From contig NC_090357.1 in assembly GCF_035084215.1 (NCBI RefSeq), positions 806,001 to 870,000 on the forward strand: DNA of 64,000 bases. Direction: 5' to 3'. This stretch comes from Heptranchias perlo. Taxonomy: Eukaryota. Each line of letters begins with the position of its first letter. Position 1 is the first letter of the stretch. Shown here piece by piece: positions 61,361 through 64,000 of this stretch. A program made the translations under genes and the position numbers. The notes beneath the pieces were generated by a model. The model had not been told where the DNA came from, did not search any database, and saw only the letters and a list, made by a program, of their open reading frames with translations.

Positions 61361-61573
61361 NNNNNNNNNNNNNNNNNNNNNNNNNNNNNNNNNNNNNNNN
61401 NNNNNNNNNNNNNNNNNNNNNNNNNNNNNNNNNNNNNNNNNNNNNNNNNNNNNNNNNNNNNNNNNNNNNNNNNNNNNNNNNNNNNNNNNNNNNNNNNNNN
61501 NNNNNNNNNNNNNNNNNNNNNNNNNNNNNNNNNNNNNNNNNNNNNNNNNNNNNNNNNNNNNNNNNNNNNNNNN
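61361..61573. other. Assembly gap (213 N)
   Basis: Run of N. Confidence 1.
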
Positions 61574-61765
61574 ACACTCTCTGAGACACACTCTCTCACA
61601 CACACACACACACTCACACACAGAGACACGCTCACAGACACCCACTGACACACACACGCAGGGCACAGGCACACCCAGAGACACACACACTCATGTGGGC
61701 ACGCACACACACATACAATGATATACACACACACACGTACACTCATACACACAATCTCATACACG
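61574..61765. repeat. CA-rich low-complexity microsatellite
   Basis: Imperfect (CA)n. Confidence 0.85.
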
Positions 61766-62012
61766 TTATCTTAAGATTACTCAGTGTTGCTCAGAACACA
61801 ATGTTGAGTTCACTCAAGTGTCTCCGTTAATTAACAAAACACAATGTGCAACTCCTGTGTCCACTGAGTTCGAAACACTGAGACAGAATCAAAGTCCACA
61901 TCCTGGAACAGAATGTTTCAATTTAACACTCACACAGGACAGAGATCAGATAAACCCAGGAAGAGACAACTGTTGAGTGGGGACCCTGCCATTAACTGGA
62001 ACATTTTGAGCA

Positions 62013-63125
62013 GAATCATCGAATCATAGAATGGTTACAGCAAGAAGGAGGCCATTCGGCCCATTGAGTCTGTGCCGGCTCTTTGTAAGAGCAATCCAGT
62101 GAGTCTCTTTCCCCGTAGCCCTGCAAATTTTTTCCTTTCAAGTATTTATCCACTTCCCTTTTGAAGGCCATGATTGAATCTCCACCACCCCCTCGGGCAG
62201 TGCATTCCAGATCATAACCATTCGCTGTGTAAAAAGGTTTTTCCTCATGTCACCTTTGGTTCTTCTGCCAATCACCTTAAAACTATGTCCTCTGGTTCTT
62301 GACCCTTCTGCCAATGGGAACAGTTTCTCTCTATCTACTCTGTCTAGACCCTTCATGATTTTGAATACCTCGATCAAATCTCCTCTCAACCGTTTCTGTT
62401 CCAAGGAGAACAACCCCAGCTTCTCCAGTCTATCCACGTAACTAAAGTCCCTCATCCCTGGAATCATTCTAGTAAATCTCTTCTGCACCCTCTCTAAGGC
62501 CTTCACATTTTTCCTAAAGTGCGGTGCCCAGAACTGGACACAATACTCCAGCTGTGGCCGAACCAGTGTTTTATAAAGGTTCATCATGACTTCCATACTT
62601 TTGTACTCTATGCCTCTATTTTATAAAGCCCAGGATCCCGTATGCTTTTTTAACCACTTTCTCAACCTGTCCTGCCACCTTCAACGAGATTTGTGCACAT
62701 AAACCCCCAGATCTCTCTGTTCCTGTACCCCTTTAGAATTGCACCCTCTAGTTTATTTTGTCTCTCCTCGTTCTTCCTACCAAAACATATCACTTCGCAT
62801 TTCTCTGCGTTAAATGTCATCTGCCACGTGTCCGCCCATTCCACCAGCCTGTCGATATCCTCTTGAAGTCTATCACTATCCTCCTCACTGTTCACTACAC
62901 TTCCAAGTTTTGTGCCATCTGCAAATTTTGTAATTGTGCCCTGTACACCCAAGTCCAAGTCATTAATATATACCCAGAAAAGCAGTGGTCCCAGCACCGA
63001 CCCCTGGGGGACACCACTGTACACCTCCCTCCAGTCCGAAAAACAACCGTTCACCACTACTCTCTGTTTCCTGTCCCTTAGCCAATTCTGTATCCATGAT
63101 GCTACTGCCCCCTTTATTCCATGAC
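62013..63125 (-). mobile_element. 5'-truncated CR1, same subfamily as 19738-21090
   Basis: ORFs 62138-62596 and 62662-63240 (PQGSVLGP, RPQLEYC); ATTCTATG-type tail at ~62013-62031. Confidence 0.9.
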
Positions 63126-63164
63126 TGCAGTTCCCACGAGTGACATTCATAGAGTTTGCAGGGC

Positions 63165-63795
63165 ACTCCCTCCCTCCCTCACTCACAGCATTCACTCCCT
63201 CACTCACAGCATTCACTCCCTCACTCACACCCTCTCTCACTCACTCACTCCCTCACTCACTTCCTCACTAATAGCACTGACTCCCTCACTCTCTTCCCTC
63301 CCTCACTAACAGCACTCAGTCCCTCCCTCCCTCACTCTCTCCCTAACACCACTCACTCCCTCCCTCCCTCACTAACAGCATTCAGTCCCTCACTCACTCT
63401 CTCCCTAACAGCACTCAGTCCCTCACTTACTCCCTCCCTCTCTGCCTCACTCACTCATAGCACTCCCTCACAGCACTCACCCCCTCCCTCCCTCGCTAAC
63501 AGCACTCACTCCCTCAATCACTCCCTCACTCACTAACAGCACTCAGTCCCTCACAGCACTCACTCCCTCCCTCACTCACTAACAGCACTCCCTCCATCCC
63601 TCACTCACTCACTAACAGCACTCCCTCCCTCACTCCCTCCATCCCTCTCACTCACTAACAGCATTCAATCCCTCCCTCGCTCCCTAACAGCACTCACTCC
63701 CTCACTCACTCCCTCCCTCACTCACTAACAGCACTCCCTCCCTCACTCCCTCCCTCACTCACTAACAGCACTCCCTCCCTCCCTCCCTCCCTCGC
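63165..63795. repeat. C-rich degenerate minisatellite built from CACT, CCCT and AACAG motifs
   Basis: Repeated CACTCCCTCCCTCACTCACTAACAG-like units. Confidence 0.85.
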
Positions 63796-64000
63796 TGACT
63801 GTGGATCGAGGGTGTAGTCCCAGTACTCTCTCTGCTGCCCCCAGTGACAGTGTCACAACACCTCCAGTTTCAGAGTTTGGAATCTTTCTGTTTACCTGAT
63901 TTTTATTCACAAATCTTGCAATTCCTACCCCAACTTTTGTAAGTTAAAACCCTCCTATTCCCAGATCATTCCCAGCTCATTCCCAGCTCATTCCAGCTCA

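Noticed and set aside
61238-61764. ORFs spanning X runs
   Set aside because: Artefacts of the N gap and the CA repeat.

Overview
Vertebrate genomic DNA, most likely from a cartilaginous fish (inferred from the CR1, L2-like and Deu-SINE repeat landscape). The window is an apolipoprotein A-IV (apoa4) gene cluster on the minus strand. Four near-identical, intact 4-exon apoa4 genes (365 aa each) sit in a head-to-tail array of ~8.45-kb units (~22.2-61.4 kb) that runs into an assembly gap (Ns at 61361-61573). A fifth, divergent apoa4 paralog (predicted 332 aa) lies to the left. Its signal-peptide exon is ~12 kb from the rest of the gene, because intron 2 holds a decayed CR1 and a ~9-kb G-rich 14-bp satellite, and its middle appears homogenised with the array copies. 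The rest is retrotransposon and satellite DNA: one nearly intact full-length CR1 (ORF1 with one frameshift, intact ORF2, TAATG stop/start overlap, tandem 5' monomers), many truncated or nested CR1 and L2-like LINE fragments, a SINE-derived 33-bp minisatellite and a recurrent 15-bp satellite module. The very long Pro-rich ORFs are satellite artefacts. All alignments were done by eye; no database search was run.
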